From the NCBI RefSeq assembly GCF_024521635.1, contig NW_026250423.1, forward strand, positions 434,001-498,000: a stretch of DNA of 64,000 nucleotides, in the 5' to 3' direction. The stretch's first letter is position 1; each line of letters starts with the position of its first letter. A program made the position numbers and the translations under genes. Of this stretch, positions 63,901-64,000 are shown in pieces. The notes under the pieces were generated by a model. It searched no databases, had not been told where the DNA came from, and saw only the letters and a program-made list of their open reading frames with translations. This stretch comes from Tricharina praecox (lineage: Eukaryota).

Positions 63901-64000
63901 CCTTGCACGCGATGACCCGCAGGTCTCCACCCTCCATTGGGAACCTGGGGAAGCACCATGTACATATTTTCGCCACAGCCCTACCACGTTACTAGTGAGA

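Overview
Eukaryotic DNA from a filamentous ascomycete, shown by short GT-AG introns with CTRAC branch points and an xlnR orthologue. Pezizomycetes is plausible but is inference only. Positions 1-43.4 kb carry about 12 genes: the 3' end of a YdfG/YMR226C-type SDR, an orphan Pro/acidic/Cys-rich protein, a Vba-like MFS transporter, an F-box-like/ankyrin protein, an aldehyde dehydrogenase, a GILT thiol reductase, a SNF2 ATPase with C-terminal PHD fingers, an atypical hexokinase, the Ynd1 Golgi apyrase, Opi10/Hikeshi, a class I glutamine amidotransferase-like protein and the xylanolytic activator XlnR. Between them lie DNA-transposon relics: a TIR-bounded hAT-like MITE, a degraded hAT transposase, and a TA-flanked Tc1/mariner-type MITE with a second, inverted, truncated copy 11 kb away. 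The last ~20.6 kb upstream of xlnR is a microsatellite-rich region with no credible CDS. The most notable observations are a complete Zn(II)2Cys6 (GAL4-type) motif in the same reading frame as the SNF2-PHD remodeller, and two stop-free 3n introns in xlnR. All gene models were spliced by hand and no database searches were run.
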